Origin: Azolla caroliniana
Lineage: Eukaryota; Plantae; Polypodiophyta
Assembly (NCBI GenBank): GCA_043228905.1
Contig: JBHGNT010000020.1
Location: 5,394,001 to 5,458,000 of the forward strand
DNA length: 64,000 nt
Direction of reading: 5' to 3'
A model generated the notes under the pieces. It saw nothing but the letters and a program-made list of their open reading frames with translations, did no database searches and was not told the origin of the DNA. Positions 1 to 14,667 of this stretch are shown in pieces. The position numbers and the translations under genes are program-made. Position 1 is the first letter of the stretch, and each line of letters starts with the position of its first letter.

Positions 1-559
1 CGGTGAAGGGTTGTCGATCGAGTAGATTCCCCCTTCCGGTAGGCGGTCATGGCTCGGATGGCTTCCTCGGTGATGACCTCCGTGTCGAGGTTTTTAACGA
101 CATTTTCCGCATCTCCGTGTGGCGGTGCTTCGACGATTCGCAAGAATCCCTCCAAACCGTGTTGCTTCAGCCATTTCCTAGCCGCTTATGAGAGTACCAT
201 GCATTCCATGTCGTCTTCGGAGTCGGTAGGTTGTGGTGATATGGGTGCGCCTACATGCTCTCGCCTGATCACTCGTAATCGCCTATGGACGCTGAGATCT
301 CTATGTTCGCGAAATGAAAGGGACTCTACGCGGCGTGAGATTTCTTTCTTTCTCCATGCGTGGCGCCTTTTCTTGATTCCCGCGCATGCACTTCCTGTAC
401 TAATATAGCAGACGGTTAAGACGTGGTGTGCCTGTCTTTAAAAGCTTTAATTAGCCACCCACCACACCTTTTCAAAGTGCTCGTTCGGTCCTTGCCTCTA
501 CATGATGACTTTCTTTCTTTCTGTTTATTTTTTATTTTTTATATTGTGGTTGAGTTAAC

Positions 560-3500
560 CAGAAGCACCAGGTCCGTAGCCCGGTTTTTCCCCTTCTTCA
601 TGATTGTCGGCCACCTGTTTGTCGTTATCCGGTACCGCCGGCTCCGCCTGACTGTCGAGTACTTTTTTCCGGCTTCCTACTGTTGTATCAGCCTCTGGCT
701 ACTCAAACGGATTCTGTGGCATGGGTCCACAATATGGTTTGAGTCGGAACCCATTGACCCATTTGCCCATTATCCCACCGGTGAGCGTTCCGAGCTGGTA
801 TAAACCGTTGAATTCCCACATTATCCAATATGGTCTAGTCCACCGGAACCGTAGCTTTCCCAACATCTAACCCATCCGGGGCTAGAACATGAGTACCGGC
901 TTGCCGATCCCAAACATCTTCTCATTGTCCTTTCGGTGCCAATCAACAAACGCCTTCCTTCGGTGCTGCCCCAGTTCCAACTGCATGAGACTTGTTATCC
1001 GATGTTCCTCGAGTTCGCACAATGTGACTAACTGGATTTTTTCCGATTCCTTTTCACTTAGTCGTTCTCTAACCTGTATCTGCAAACTCGGAACCTGAAA
1101 TTCGATCGGCATTACTGCTTCAAGCCCAAATGTTAACCGGAATGGTGTTGACCGGATACTCGTTTTGTATGTCGTCCGGTATGCCCATAGTGCACTATGC
1201 AGCTTGGTGTCCCAATCGGTCCGGTTTTCATTGACAATCTTTCGCAGGATGTTTTGGAGCGTTTTGTTCGTGGATTCATCTAGTCCATTGGCTTGTGGAT
1301 AGTAAGGGGTACTACGCTTGTGTACCACGGCATAAAATGTTGTTAAGCTCTCCACTACTTGATCGAGAGAATGTCCGCCTTGGTCGCTAATTAATTCGAT
1401 CGGGCATCCATACCAGCACCAGATGTACTCATATAAGAACTTTGTCGTCGAAGCCGCAAAGTTGTCCCGCAACGCCTTGGCTTCTACCCACTTGGTGCAA
1501 TAATCGGTGGAGACTATGACATATCTGTTGCCGGTTCTCATTGTCGGAGGTTTAAATGGCCCAACGAAATCCAGCCCCCATTTCTGAAATGGTTCTAAGG
1601 GTAGCACCGGCTGGTGAGGCATCCTTGCCTATTCTATTGGTTGGCCCATCCGTTGACATAAATCACAGACTTTCGCGTACCGAACCGAGTCCTTCAATGT
1701 CGTCGGCCACCATAGCCCGTTGTGCCATATCTTTCTTGCCGTAGCATCCCCGGCATAGTGCCCTCCGGCCATGCCACAATGTGCTTCTCATAATATTGTG
1801 TCCTTTTCATCGCTTCGCACTGCTCGCCGCCATATGCCACCCACGCCTTTGTGGTACAGAGTGTCCTGTAGTAGACAACAATGTCGGCTTTGCACCGCTA
1901 ACCGCTTCGGCTCATCCCGGTTCATCTCCTCCGGTGGGAGTTCCGTGCTTAGGAATTGATGCATGTTGGTTAGCCACTTGTCTTCGTCGACTACTGTGCT
2001 ATTGGCTACCGTTTCGGCCGTTACTTTAAACAACTCAACATCCGGAAACTCATCCGGGACTCCGTCGTCGGTCTCATCGGAGTCTAATTGGCTAAGATAA
2101 TCGGCAACCGCATGTTGTATCCTCAGTCGGTGATATATTTCGAACTCGAACTCTTGTAGCAACAATGTCCATCGGGCTAGCTTGTCGGTGAGTGATGCCT
2201 TTGAGACCAAATATAACAGCGCTGAGTGGTCGACATGGAAAGAAAATTTCCTTCCCAATAAATAGTGCCTGAACTTGGTAACACTGTAAATCATCCCTAA
2301 GGATTCTCTTTCCGTTGTTGAATAATTTTGTTCTGCCTGGGATAGTTTCCGGCTAGCATAATAGACCGATCGGTACCATTTTGGTTCAGTCAGTTGCATT
2401 AGTGTGCTGCCAATTGCTATGTTGGATGCATCCACGAACACGTGGAATTCTTTCAACCAGTCCGGTGGTTGCACCACCGGTGCTTGTGATAGCAGTACTT
2501 TCAGTGCCCGGTAAGCCTCATCCTCCGTATTCATCCATTGGAACGGTGTCCGGTGAACCACGACATGCAATGGTGTAGCAAGATCAGCCAAATACCGGAG
2601 CATCCGGCTATGCCACCGGATTTTCCCTAGAAACCGACTCAAGGCTTTGGCCGTCGATGGTGCCAGTGCTTCTAAGATTGCTTTCACCTTATCGGGGTCT
2701 ACCGCGATCCCGTCCTTGCTGACAAGATGGCCCATCAATGCACCGCTTGTTACTCCAAACACACACTTTGCTAGATTCAAGCTTAGCCGATAACTTCTGC
2801 ATTTCTCAAGACATAGTCAGAGGTGTTGGAGATGTTCTCCTTCTCGGCTATACACGGCGAAGTCATCCAGGAATACCTGAATGTCGGAATGGACTCACCA
2901 AATATTTCCATGATTATTCGTTGAAAGGTCACCAACACGGTCTTGAGCCCGAACATCATTACCACTACGACAAAGACTCCCCATTCGGTGACGAATGTTG
3001 TCTTGTCTTGGTTGTCGGGGTGCATCCTTATTTGATTGTAGCCGCTAAAACCATCTAGGAAGCTATACACTTCATGACTAGCTACCGTGTCCAGCACTCC
3101 ATCCGTAAACGATAGTGGAAAGGTGTCGGTCACTGTCGCCGCATTGAGTTTCCGATAATCAACGCACACCCGAATTTTACCGTTCTTTTTCGGCACGACG
3201 ACTATGGCACTTAACCATGTGGCTTTTTTCATTGGTCAGATAAAACCGACCCGTAGCAACTTGTCAGATAAAGCCGCATAGTTAGGGTTCATCCGGTAAC
3301 GTCGTTGTGCTACCGGTTTGGCATCTTTACTGAGGTGTATTTGGTGTTGGTACAATTGAGGATCCAGACCCCGCATGTCTTCATAGGACTAAGTGAATAT
3401 GCCCCGGAATTCCTTTAATAAAGTGATCATCGTCGTCCTGTTGTCCAGTGACATTTCCTTAGCAATATGAACCGGTCTGGCGTCGTCCTCGGTTCCTAAG

Positions 3501-3847
3501 TTCACTTCCTCAAACTAGGATGCTTTCACGCATTGGGATACCGCCATCTCCCTTTCCAAAGCTTCCTGTGCTTGCCGTAATTCTTTGATAGCTTCCCGCT
3601 CCGGTTCCTTGATGGCGTCGTCTGATTGCATTCTATATGGTGACACTACTTCCGCCACATCAATTTCAAATAGGGGTACAATTTTTGGGTTTTCTTCTAA
3701 GTTCTGGTCGACCTCTTCGTCCGCAAGCCCCTCGAGCATGTTCACACCTTCCACATATAGCGGCGTCAGCTCCTTGCCGGTGCTGGCTCAAGGGTGGGTA
3801 GGTACCCTTATTTTTGTCTTCCCTCATCGGAAGGTAATCATGTTTTT
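560..3847 (-). pseudogene. pol of host gypsy (end of PR, RT, RNase H, integrase) with stops and frameshifts
   Basis: ORF fragments with RVCVDYRKLN, FLDGFSGYNQI, FHVFVDAS, NYSTTERE, KWVEAKAL and SDQGGH motifs. The left boundary is approximate. Confidence 0.9.
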
Positions 3848-4310
3848 TGTTACCGGTCGGCAAAGAAGGCTTAAGGAGGTCCAAACCAGAGTGTGAAAGG
3901 AATAGTTATTCGGGAACTATTGTAATTAGTAGTCTTAATATATACATATTATTATATAAGAAGATGTGGACGGACGGACCGGAATCGGTATGCCGATCCG
4001 GATCCAGAACGATTCCGTAAAGGTGCCGTTTGGCACTGTTTTGTATTTCACACCGGAGACCTATATAAAGGCCCGGTTACAATGTAATCAGGAGCGGATA
4101 ATTAATAAAGTGTATTGTCTTAATCTTCAAGTGTTGATTATCGTTTTGTATTTATTGTTATATCTTACGCGTGTTAATTACGGATGGCTAAGTAATCGAT
4201 TAAGGTCTAATTAAGCGTTGTGTCGTAAGTCATTCTGCCGTACCACCCTTTGGTGACGTGTCGTAAGTTGACACCCTATGTTAGGCTGTTGTCCGGCCCT
4301 AGCAATAACA
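3848..4310 (+). repeat. 5' LTR of inner gypsy
   Basis: Direct repeat of 18957-19419. TATA-like CCTATATAAAGG at about 4060-4071. Confidence 0.96.
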
Positions 4311-4317
4311 CAGTTTT

Positions 4318-4328
4318 TGGCGACCACG
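4318..4328 (+). promoter_or_regulatory. Primer-binding site TGGCGACCACG (complement of a tRNA-Arg, probably UCG, 3' end)
   Basis: Starts with TGG 7 nt after the 5' LTR. A near-identical motif follows the host element's LTR. The isoacceptor assignment is recalled from plant tRNA sequences, not searched. Confidence 0.75.
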
Positions 4329-7300
4329 ATTCCTGCATTATCGTAGTGAACAACGGCAGGAATGGATGACTAGGCCAATAGACGACCCAGTTACGGAGAG
4401 AGCACGAAGACTTGCTGAACGGAGACGGCGGCAAGAGGCTTTTCAGCAAGCAGCGGAAGAAATCCGAACGGATCGATCATTTTCCAAAGTGATCCGGAAA
4501 GTGGCAGAGGAATCGCTCTGTCTGCAACAAAACACCTACCCAAATGAAGGAAGCAGCTTAAGCAACCTCCGGGAAGCGGAAACCCTTCTCCAGGCCTTGG
4601 CCGGAAGAGAAGGCGAATCCGAAGCATTTTCAGCACTAGAATCGGATTCAGAAGGGGGTTACAGCGCGCATACGAACTACCGCAGCAGTAACGACACCCC
4701 AAGAGGACCGGAGGACGAGGAGTCGGATACCTTACCGACACTGGAACCAGAGTTGGCAGACCAAGAACCTCCAGCACTCATCGTGGAGCAACCTCCGGAG
4801 ACGGAAGTGCACCGGCAAAAACTTCCAACACCGGAAGCCGAGCCGGTAACACCGAAGGAAGACCGGCAAAGACCTCAGACGCCAGCGGAACAGCAGGAAA
4901 GACCACCGACACCACTAGACCGCGTACCGACTTTGGACGACGATATGCCGTTCCAGTACTCCAAGTATCGGGATGACCTGGACGCGGAGGCTCATGTTCA
5001 TGCGTTTGAACAAACATGGGAAGCGAACCATGTGTCACAACGGCTAACCGCGGCAGAAGAGGAACGATCCAAGATAGCCGAATTCGGCGTAACATTAGAA
5101 GGACCGGATGCCAGATGGCACCAGACGCAGGATCGCAGCACCATCACCACCTTTGCGGACCTAAAAGACAAATTCTTGCACTTCTTCCAGAAGGAGGTGG
5201 ATCAGTGAGAAATGGTGGGCTTATTTTATACAATTCCGCAGGATCCCGGGGAGAGCATCCCGCAGTTTGTAATCCGGTTTCAACGGATGCACAGCCAGCT
5301 TACCCACGCACCTCTAGAGGAAGAAACACGGGCTATATTTTTAGCCGCGCTCCGGGAACCTCTACGAACGGTATGCACAGTCATTGACTTTCGCACAAGC
5401 ACCGTCGACCAGGTCATCGACCGGGTTAGGGAAATGGAAAAAACAAGCTCTTGGCTAACAATGGGAGCTCTCCAACAAGCATTACCAACCAATGAGGATC
5501 TCCGTTTCCGGCAAGCAATCCAATGCACGACCTGCTTGAATTCCGGTCACTCATCACTGGAGTGCACCATGCGGACACACTGCTTACTCTGCGAATCTAC
5601 GAGCCACACGATGGACCGGTGCGAATATAACTTATTGAATCAGCAAGCTCCACCAGTCCGGCAAATCGAGCCACGTAGCAGGCGAGACGAAGAAGACGAA
5701 CGCTGGCAACGAGAGGAGCGATATCGACCGACACAAGATGTCTGGTACGACAATCGGTGAGACAACTACGACCGGTACAAGAGATACGACAAGTACCGAG
5801 ATTACAATGGATGGTACGAGCATCACAACCGGGATCACTCCCCCGAGTATCACCGGGAAGATTACGGGAGGTATGACGACCAACCCCGGCAAGGGTACCG
5901 CAACAAAAAGAACTTTAATAAAAAATGGCATTTCAAAAACGGGAGCCACCCACGTGAACCAAAAAAAGGCGCCTCAAGCAGCCAACCAGACCAGAGCCCC
6001 GCGGTTACCACAAGTCCTCCACCGGGTACAGGAAATAATGCCGAATCCAGCAACACCCGGAAAGCATATTGCTATTACTGCCGGCAAGAAGGACATTATA
6101 GTAATCAATGTCCGGCAAAAAGCTATGATAAGCGACCGGCAGTAAACATGGTAGTCGCCAAAGTCGCAGACCTCCAGCAGGTCACCACAAGGTCGAAGGG
6201 GAAGACTACGGAATGGGAGACACAAGAGGCCATCCGGAAACAGGCAACGGAATGGGTGAAAAAGGCAAATGAGCGAAATGTAGCAGAACTCGCGCAACAG
6301 AAGGAGAACACCGAAGAGCTCGCCGGCGGCAGTCAGTCTGAAAACATGACGTGGCAGGTATTGCAGGAATGCCAGATCACGCTGCCGTTAGGACGACTCT
6401 TGCAGCTAGTACCAAGATTCACAGAGGGACTCAAGTCCGGCATGATGACAGACGGAACACCACCGGCTCGGCATTCTTCTCAAATCCGGAAGAAGGACCG
6501 GCCGTGGTGGACACCAACAGTCCGGCAATTACGGCCATTGTGAAAGGGAAAGAACTCCACAACACGATAATAGACGGAGGCTCCGACGTTAATGTAATCA
6601 GCCTCCGGACATGCGATGCTCTTGGAATCCGAGATTGGGAGCCATGTTCGTTCTGGCTCCGAATGGCTGACACAAGCTCGGTACGACCGACAGGATTAAT
6701 ACGGAACTTGGAAGTAACCATCGGGGGCCACACATTCCGAATCTCAGCCGTAGTTCTCCAGTTGCAGGCTCAAGGAGCGTACCCATTATTGTTGGGACGC
6801 CCTTGGTTTAAAACGGCACATATCAAGCAAAACTGGAGGAGGAATATGATTACGTTCCAGCGGGGAAAAGCGAAGGTACGGGTACCAACACAACAAAGGA
6901 AGGGCACCGGCAAGGATCTGACACCGTTATATGCAGAGTGTGTCAATATGTTGGAGGGATTAGCAGACGAAGAAGAAGAGCAGTACTTGCTGGAGAACCC
7001 AAAGATTGTACCCCTATTCGAAATTGACGTCGCGGAAGCGGTATCACCCTACTTACTGCAACCGGACGAAACCGAAGCGGAACCAGATAAAGAAGCAATC
7101 CGGGAGTTACGGCATGCGCAGGAGGCATTGGAAAGGGAAATGGCCGTATCCCAGCGCGTAAATGTGTCCCAATTAGAAGAGGTAAATCTAGGAACGGCGG
7201 AGGAGGCAAAACCGGTGCACATCGCCAAAGAAATGAATGCAGAGAACAAAACGGTGATAATTACACTCCTCAACGAGTTTCACGACGTCTTTGCCTAGTC

Positions 7301-9205
7301 GTTCGAGGATATGAGAGGCCTAGATCCTCAATTGTATCAGCACCAGATACATCTGAGCAAAGACGCCAAGCCGATGGCACAGCGTCGATACCGGATGAAC
7401 CCAAACTACACCGCCAAAGTCGAGGAGATCGACAAATTACTGAGGGTCGGCTTCATCCGTCCCGTAAAGAAATCTACATGGCTAAGCCCGATTGTAGTCG
7501 TACCGAAAAAGAACGGCAAAATTAGAGTTTGTGTCGACTACCGGAAGCTCAATGCGTCAACGGTAACAGATGCATTTCCACTTCCGTTTACGGATGGAGT
7601 TTTGGATGCCGTCGCTGGCCATGAAGTCTATAGTTTCTTAGACGGATTCAGCAGGTATAATCAGATCTGGATGCACCCTGAGGATCAAGAGAAAACGGCT
7701 TTCGTCACCGAATGGGGAGTGTTTGTTGCGGTGGTGATGATGTTCGGGCTGAAAACAGCACCAGCAACATTCCAACGGATCATCATGGAGATCTTTGGTG
7801 AATACATATCGGCTTTTATGCAGGTGTTCCTTGACGACTTCGTCGTCTATAGTAAAGAAGAAGATCATTTGCAGCAACTCAGACTATGTCTAGAGAAGTG
7901 TAGGGCGTACCGGCTAAGCCTGAATCCGGCGAAGTGTGTATTTGGAGTGTTCAGCGGAACGCTACTAGGGCATATAGTAAGCAAGGCATTGTCGTAGATC
8001 CGGACAAAGTGAAAGCAATCCGGGAAGCACCGGCACCGGCAACGGCAAAGGCTTTGAGCCGTTTCCTCGGACAAATCCGCTGGCATAGCCGTATGCTCCG
8101 ATATTTGGCAGACTTGGCTACACCTCTGCATACGGCAGTACATCGAACACCGTTCCAATGGACCGACATCGAAGACAAGGCGTACCGGGCACTAAAGGTG
8201 TTATTGTCACAAGCACCGGTAGTGCAGCCTCCGGATTGGAGTAAAGAGTTTCATGTGTTCGTGGACGCTTCCGATATCACAATCGATAGCGCGCTCATGC
8301 AGCTTACCGAGCCAAGGTGGTACCGGTCAATATACTATGCCATTCGGAAGCTATCCCAAGCGGAACGAAATTATTCTACCACGGAAAGGGAGGCTTTAGG
8401 AATGATCTACAATGTAACGAAATTTAAGCATTATCTATTGGGAAGAAAGTTCTCCTTCCATGTAGATCATTCGGCACTCCTCTACCTAGTATCCAAAGCG
8501 TCACTTACTAGTAAGTTGGCCCGGTGGACTTTGTTGTTGCAAGAGTTCGAATTCGAGATATTCCACCGACCCGGCATACAGCATGCGGTCGCAGATTATC
8601 TAAGCCGGTTAGATTCCGGGGAGACAGGTGACGGAGTACCGGACGAGTTTCCGGATGCAGAGCTTTTTCGAGTCACCACGGAAACGGCAAGAGATGAAAT
8701 GGTGACACAAGAAGATAAGTGGCTAACTAATATGCACCAGTTTCTGAGTACCGGATTGCCTCCGAAGGAGATGAACCAGGACGAGAGAAAACGCCTTGCG
8801 GTACAGAGCCGGCACTTCTGTTTATTACAGGACACGCTATACCACAAAGGTGTGGACGGTATCTAGCGACAAGCGGTGCGCAGCGACGAGAAGGAGGTAA
8901 TACTATGAGAGGCACACTGCGGAGTCGTCGGAGGCCATTATGCCGAAGATGCGATGGCAAGGAAAGTATGGCAAAGTGGCCTATGGTGGCCAACCACATC
9001 GAAAGATGCAGTCCGGTATGCGAAGGAGTGTGATCTATGCCAACGAATGGGTCAGCCAACAGAACAAGCTCGGATGCCACACCAACCAGTCGTACCACTA
9101 GAACCATTCTAGAAATGGGGGCTAGATTTCGTCGGGCCATTTAAACCACCGGCAATGAGAACTGGCAACCGGTACGTGATCGTCGCGACGGATTACTGTA
9201 CTAAG

Positions 9206-9390
9206 TGTCGAATACAAGTGTATAATGGACGTATTCACACTATCCCTTTGTATAGATCAAGTCTGGGCCATTTGTGTAATTAGCATAAATGGTAGATGCC
9301 CTAAGTCTGTCACTATATATAGTGACCTTGTAACCTTTTTGTAAGGTTGGGTTGTATTATTTGTTTCTATGGAATAGAAAGCCTTTTGTG

Positions 9391-9433
<43 letters not shown>

Positions 9434-12400
9434 GTGCAACGACCTAGAAACTGTCATACGCAGGTACAGAACAGAATCGAAAGCTTCTTAATCTTCCGCA
9501 TAGACGACCTTGTCTCCAACATCTGGTATCAGAGCCTGCACAGTATTCGGTCCTTCAATCCGCTGTCGGACGTCGTCTCAGCCTGCACAGCATTCGGTTT
9601 CCTGCGTCATTCGAAGAAGAGAGAAGAAGAAGAAAAAAAAAAAAAAACGAGGCTTGCATCTGATCGCGTTAGATCATCTTCGCTTGGAGTAAGCCAGCCG
9701 GTTGTACTCTGTTTCTTGTGATCGTAACCGCTCGAGGTGAAATCCCCTTGTGCAACATTGACACGATCGTGCTCCACTCGGTTAAACGGCATCCGAAGAG
9801 GTCATCAAACGCTGCTCGCCGCTCATTGTAACCACTCGGTGCAGATCGGTCTCAAGACAACAACCCCAATTCGTGCTTCATCCGGCTGATCGACATTCGA
9901 GAGGATCAGTTGGATCCGTCTCTCTCGTCGCTGCAGTCACCCGAAGCAGAATCGGTCCAGACAATCGGATTCAATAATCGGTATTTGGCATATATATTCG
10001 GAAGCGAACCGGGCTCACTCCGACTCGGCAACATTCGGGAAGACCAGTCGGTTCTGTCCCTCAAGTTACCGGAGTCAATTCGAGCAAGTTCAACAATACA
10101 TATATCCGAAGCCGAACCGACTCGGGTTCAAATCCGACTAGAACGATATCGGGTGAGCCAACCGGCTGCACTCCAACAAGGTTCGTAGTCAACTCCGAAC
10201 CGAGCTTCGTCAACCGAAACCAAATTTGATGGCATCAACATCCGGCTCGTCAGAAATGAGTCTACGAAAGTTCGATGGATCGAACTTCAACTTCTGGAAG
10301 GAGCAAATGCAGGACTATCTCATAGTCAAGGGGCAAATCGATCCCATCGAAAATGAAGAACCTCCAGAAGGATACAAACCAATTGAGTGGCAGAAGCTGG
10401 ACAGAATCGTCCGCGCCACGATTCGGATGCACCTATCGGAATCGGTATACTTTACGGTGCAATCGTGTACGACAGCATTCGAACTGTGGAAAACACTGTC
10501 GGACACCTACGAAAAGAAGGTCGCTGCAACGAAGATGTTTTTGATCCGGCGCCTCTACAACTTGCGAATGAAAGAATCTGATTCGGTTCAAGCACACCTC
10601 AATGAGTACGAAAGCATAAGCTCCCAAATCTCGTCACAGGGGACGGCAATCGAGGATGAACTCAGAGCAATGATACTCATGAGCAGCCTTCCCTCATCAT
10701 GGGAAACTTTCGTCACAACCGTGTGCAACGCGTCAACCACGGCTGTTAAATACTCCGAAGTCACGAGCGCAATCCTGACCGAAGCAGTTCGGAGAAAGTC
10801 TTTCGCCAAAGACTCAACAGACGACGCTTACGTAGTACAAGGTTCGACAGACCGATCGAACATACGAGGAAGAGATTCCTCACGGCCGCCGAACAATCAG
10901 CGAAGACGGAGCCAGTCACGGGATAATCGAATCTGCAACTATTGCAAGAAACCCGGACACATCAAAGCCGACTGCCGCGCACTCAAGAACAAGAACGACA
11001 AGTCTCAGAGATCAGACAAGAAGAGTGTCCGGCATGAGGAGATCAATTACGTCAGCTTCTCAGCTGATGTGCTACCAAACGACCCGAATATACTATCAAT
11101 CGAAAATCCAGTCGGATCAGAAGTTCTGCTCACGACTGAAGAATCGAGCACATGGCTCTTAGATTCGGGCGCGTCATTTCACGTGACTCCTCATCGATCC
11201 CAATTTCGGCAATATACGATCCGTCACTCCGACTCAGTTCGAGTCGGTAACTCGCAACACTGTGACATCATTGGAATCGGCACAGTAGAGCTCAACCTTG
11301 CAGGTGGCTCTACACTTGTACTTCACAATGTCCGACATGTACCCGAGCTCTCAAGGCCATTGATCTCAGTCGGACAACTAGATGAAGACGGCATTCGTGC
11401 CGGTTTTTCTTCGGGAGGGTGGACACTCCACAGGGGGAACCTCCTGCTTGCTAGAGGACCCAAGATACACTCACTGTATCCGTTACATGTTACGCTTAGA
11501 GAGGGTAACCTGTTTTTGGTGGATATTCCTGTGTCATCACTATGGCACAGGAGATTAGGACACCTCAGCAAGGCCGACATTACGCATCTATCTAGAGCCG
11601 GATACATCCCTAAACTCTCCTTCTCCGACCATCAATTCTGCGAGCATTGCCAGTATGGCAAACAAGCAGCCGCATCACACCCGACATCAGCACCAAGAGA
11701 AACGAGACCTCTCGATTTGGTCCACTCGGACGTCTGTGGCCCAATGCAGCATCAGTCTCTCGGCGGTGCCTCTTACTTCGTCAGTTTTATTGACGATTCG
11801 ACTCGAAAGGTGTGGGCTTATCCAATTCGCACCAAAGATCGTGTCTTCTCGATCTTCTCCGATTGGCTCGCTATGGTAGAAAATCAAACCGACCGAAAAC
11901 TGAAATGCTTTCGGACCGACAATGGGGGAGAGTTCAAATCAGAAGAATTCGTCAAATTCTGCGACAACGCGGCATCCGACGTGAATTTACGGCACCACAC
12001 AGTCCGGAGCAAAACGGGATTGCCGAACGCATGAATCGGACAATCCAAGAACGGATAGTTTCCATGCTCCAACACTCCGGACTGTCAGATGGCTTCTGGG
12101 CAGAGGCTCTACTCACGGCAGTACACATAATCAATATGTCGCCAAGCAGACCTCTAGGACTTCAAATTCCTCAGGAACTATGGATCGACAGTAAGCCGAA
12201 TTACGACAAGCTGAGGATCTTCGGATGCAAGGCGTACGCCCTTATTCCGAAAGATGATCGCCGAAAACTTGCACCTCGGTCCAGGAAATGCATTTTCCTT
12301 GGATATGGATCCGACGACGAAATGGGATACCGACTCTGGGATCCCGAACGCAGACAAATCGTCCGAAGTTCGGACGTTGTGTTCAACGAGTCGGCTATGA

Positions 12401-14628
12401 ATCCATCAGTCAAAACACCGATCGAAGTCCGAAGGGTCACATTTTCCGATGTGCCGACCCTTCAAGAAGGCCCCGCTCTTAACACACGGTCAGCTTCACT
12501 GGTAGCTGAACCTTACACTACCGATTCGGACAACTCTGACTCGGCACAGCAGCTTTCGGACCATCCGACCTCGATACCCGATGCGACCAGTCCAATCATA
12601 CCTCGACGATCCGAGAGACTGTCGCAACCTCCGGAGAGGTATTCTCCTGGAATTTTCTTCACCGACGCCGGCGAACCGACGTCTTACGAAGAAGCATCGA
12701 CATCTGTTGATTCCGCCACCTGGCATCTGGCGATGGAGTCGGAAATGCACTCCATTCGGGCAAACAAGACTTGGGATCTGGTCGAATTACCTAGGAACCG
12801 ACGTGCTCTTCCTTGCAAGTGGGTTTATCGACTAAAAGAGACGTCTGATTCGACCACCCCAAAGTACAAGGCCAGATTAGTTGCGAAGGGCTTCCGACAA
12901 GAATATGGCGTCGACTTCGACGAGATTTTTTCACCAGTGGTGAAAATGACAACTCTTCGTTTTCTACTCGGCGTAGTGGCAGCCGACAACTTGGAGCTGA
13001 TTCAGCTAGATGTCAAAACAGCATTCCTCCATGGTGATCTTGAAGAGGAAATTTATATGGAGCAGCCAAAAGGCTTCGTGGTAACTGGCCAAGAACATCT
13101 AGTCTGCCGACTCAGGAAGAGTCTATACGGCCTCAAACAGGCACCGCGACAATGGTACAAGAAGTTCGACGACTTCATCCAATCGATCGGCTTCTCAAAA
13201 AGCGATGAGGACCATTGTTTTTTTACCAACACAGCTCAAGATGGATCACCCATCTTCCTCATCATTTACGTGGACGACATGCTAATTTCTGGACGCCACG
13301 CGGGCGAACTTGCCGATCTCATTCGGCAACTGCGGTTGAAGTTTGCCATGAAGGACCTCGGTCCGGCACGACACATACTTGGCATGAAGATTAGTCGGCA
13401 TCGCGATCAACGACATCTTTTTTTGTCTCAGACCGACTATATCGGACGTGTCTTGGAACGCTTCAACATGCAATCAGCCAAATCTGCTTCAACCCCGCTC
13501 CCCATGAATCTTCGGCTCTCTCAGCGAGACTGCCCGACATCCGGTCCGGAGGGGGAAGATATGAAGTCGGTACCGTATGCACCGGCAGTCGGCTCCCTTA
13601 TGTACCTGATGGTCGCGACACGGCCTGATATTTCTCATGCCGTAGGAGTCGTTAGCAGATTTATGCACAATCCTGGCCGATCGCATTGGAACGCAGTCAA
13701 GCATGTGTTCAAATATCTGGCTGGCACAAAAGGCCACGGCATTCTTTTCGGTCCGAACTCAACTACAGGCGTAGTCGGTTACACCGACTCGGACTTCGCC
13801 GGCTGTATAGACAGTCGGAAATCAACAACTGGATACTGCTTCAAATTCGGCAATGGAGCAATTTCGTGGAAGTCGAAACTTCAGGAGTGCACAGCGACCT
13901 CAACGACCGAAGCAGAATATGTAGCTGCGTCCGACGCTGCAAAAGAAGCTTTGTGGCTCGGCCGGCTGGCGCACACGTTTCGACAAGTCAACCATGACTC
14001 GGCCCCAGTTGTCTATAGCGACAGTCAAGGTGCTGTTGCCTTGTCGAAAAATCCGGTTCACCACAACGCCTCCAAACATATCGACGTTCGATATCACTTC
14101 GTTCGGGACTGCGTCATTTCAGGGAAAATCGGTCTAGAGAAAATATCCACAACCGACAATGTCGCAGATGGAATGACCAAGTGTCTTTCGGCAGACCGCT
14201 TTCGGTCCCTTCGGCATCAGATGGGCGTAACGACAAACCAGTCCGGTTAGAGCCGGACACATCGCAGGATGGTTTCCGACAACCGACATCAATTCCTTAA
14301 TGATCGGCTTCAACTCTTCCGACCCGACCAGTTCGGTCTTCTGCCTTCGGACCCTGCCGACTCGAACAAAACTGATATGTCCGAGAACCTAGGTTTATGC
14401 CTGTAATCTTAGATAACCCATGTATACGCCCATTACGGGGGAGTGTCGAATACAAGTGTATAATGGACGTATTCACACTATCCCTTTGTATAGATCAAGT
14501 CTGGGCCATTTGTGTAATTAGCATAAATGGTAGATGCCCTAAGTCTGTCACTATATATAGTGACCTTGTAACCTTTTTGTAAGGTTGGGTTGTATTATTT
14601 GTTTCTATGGAATAGAAAGCCTTTTGTG

Positions 14629-14667
<39 letters not shown>

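Noticed and set aside
6470-6485. Programmed gag-pol frameshift
   Set aside because: The host paralog is in frame across this point (PAPAFFSNSEEG), so this is a mutational indel.
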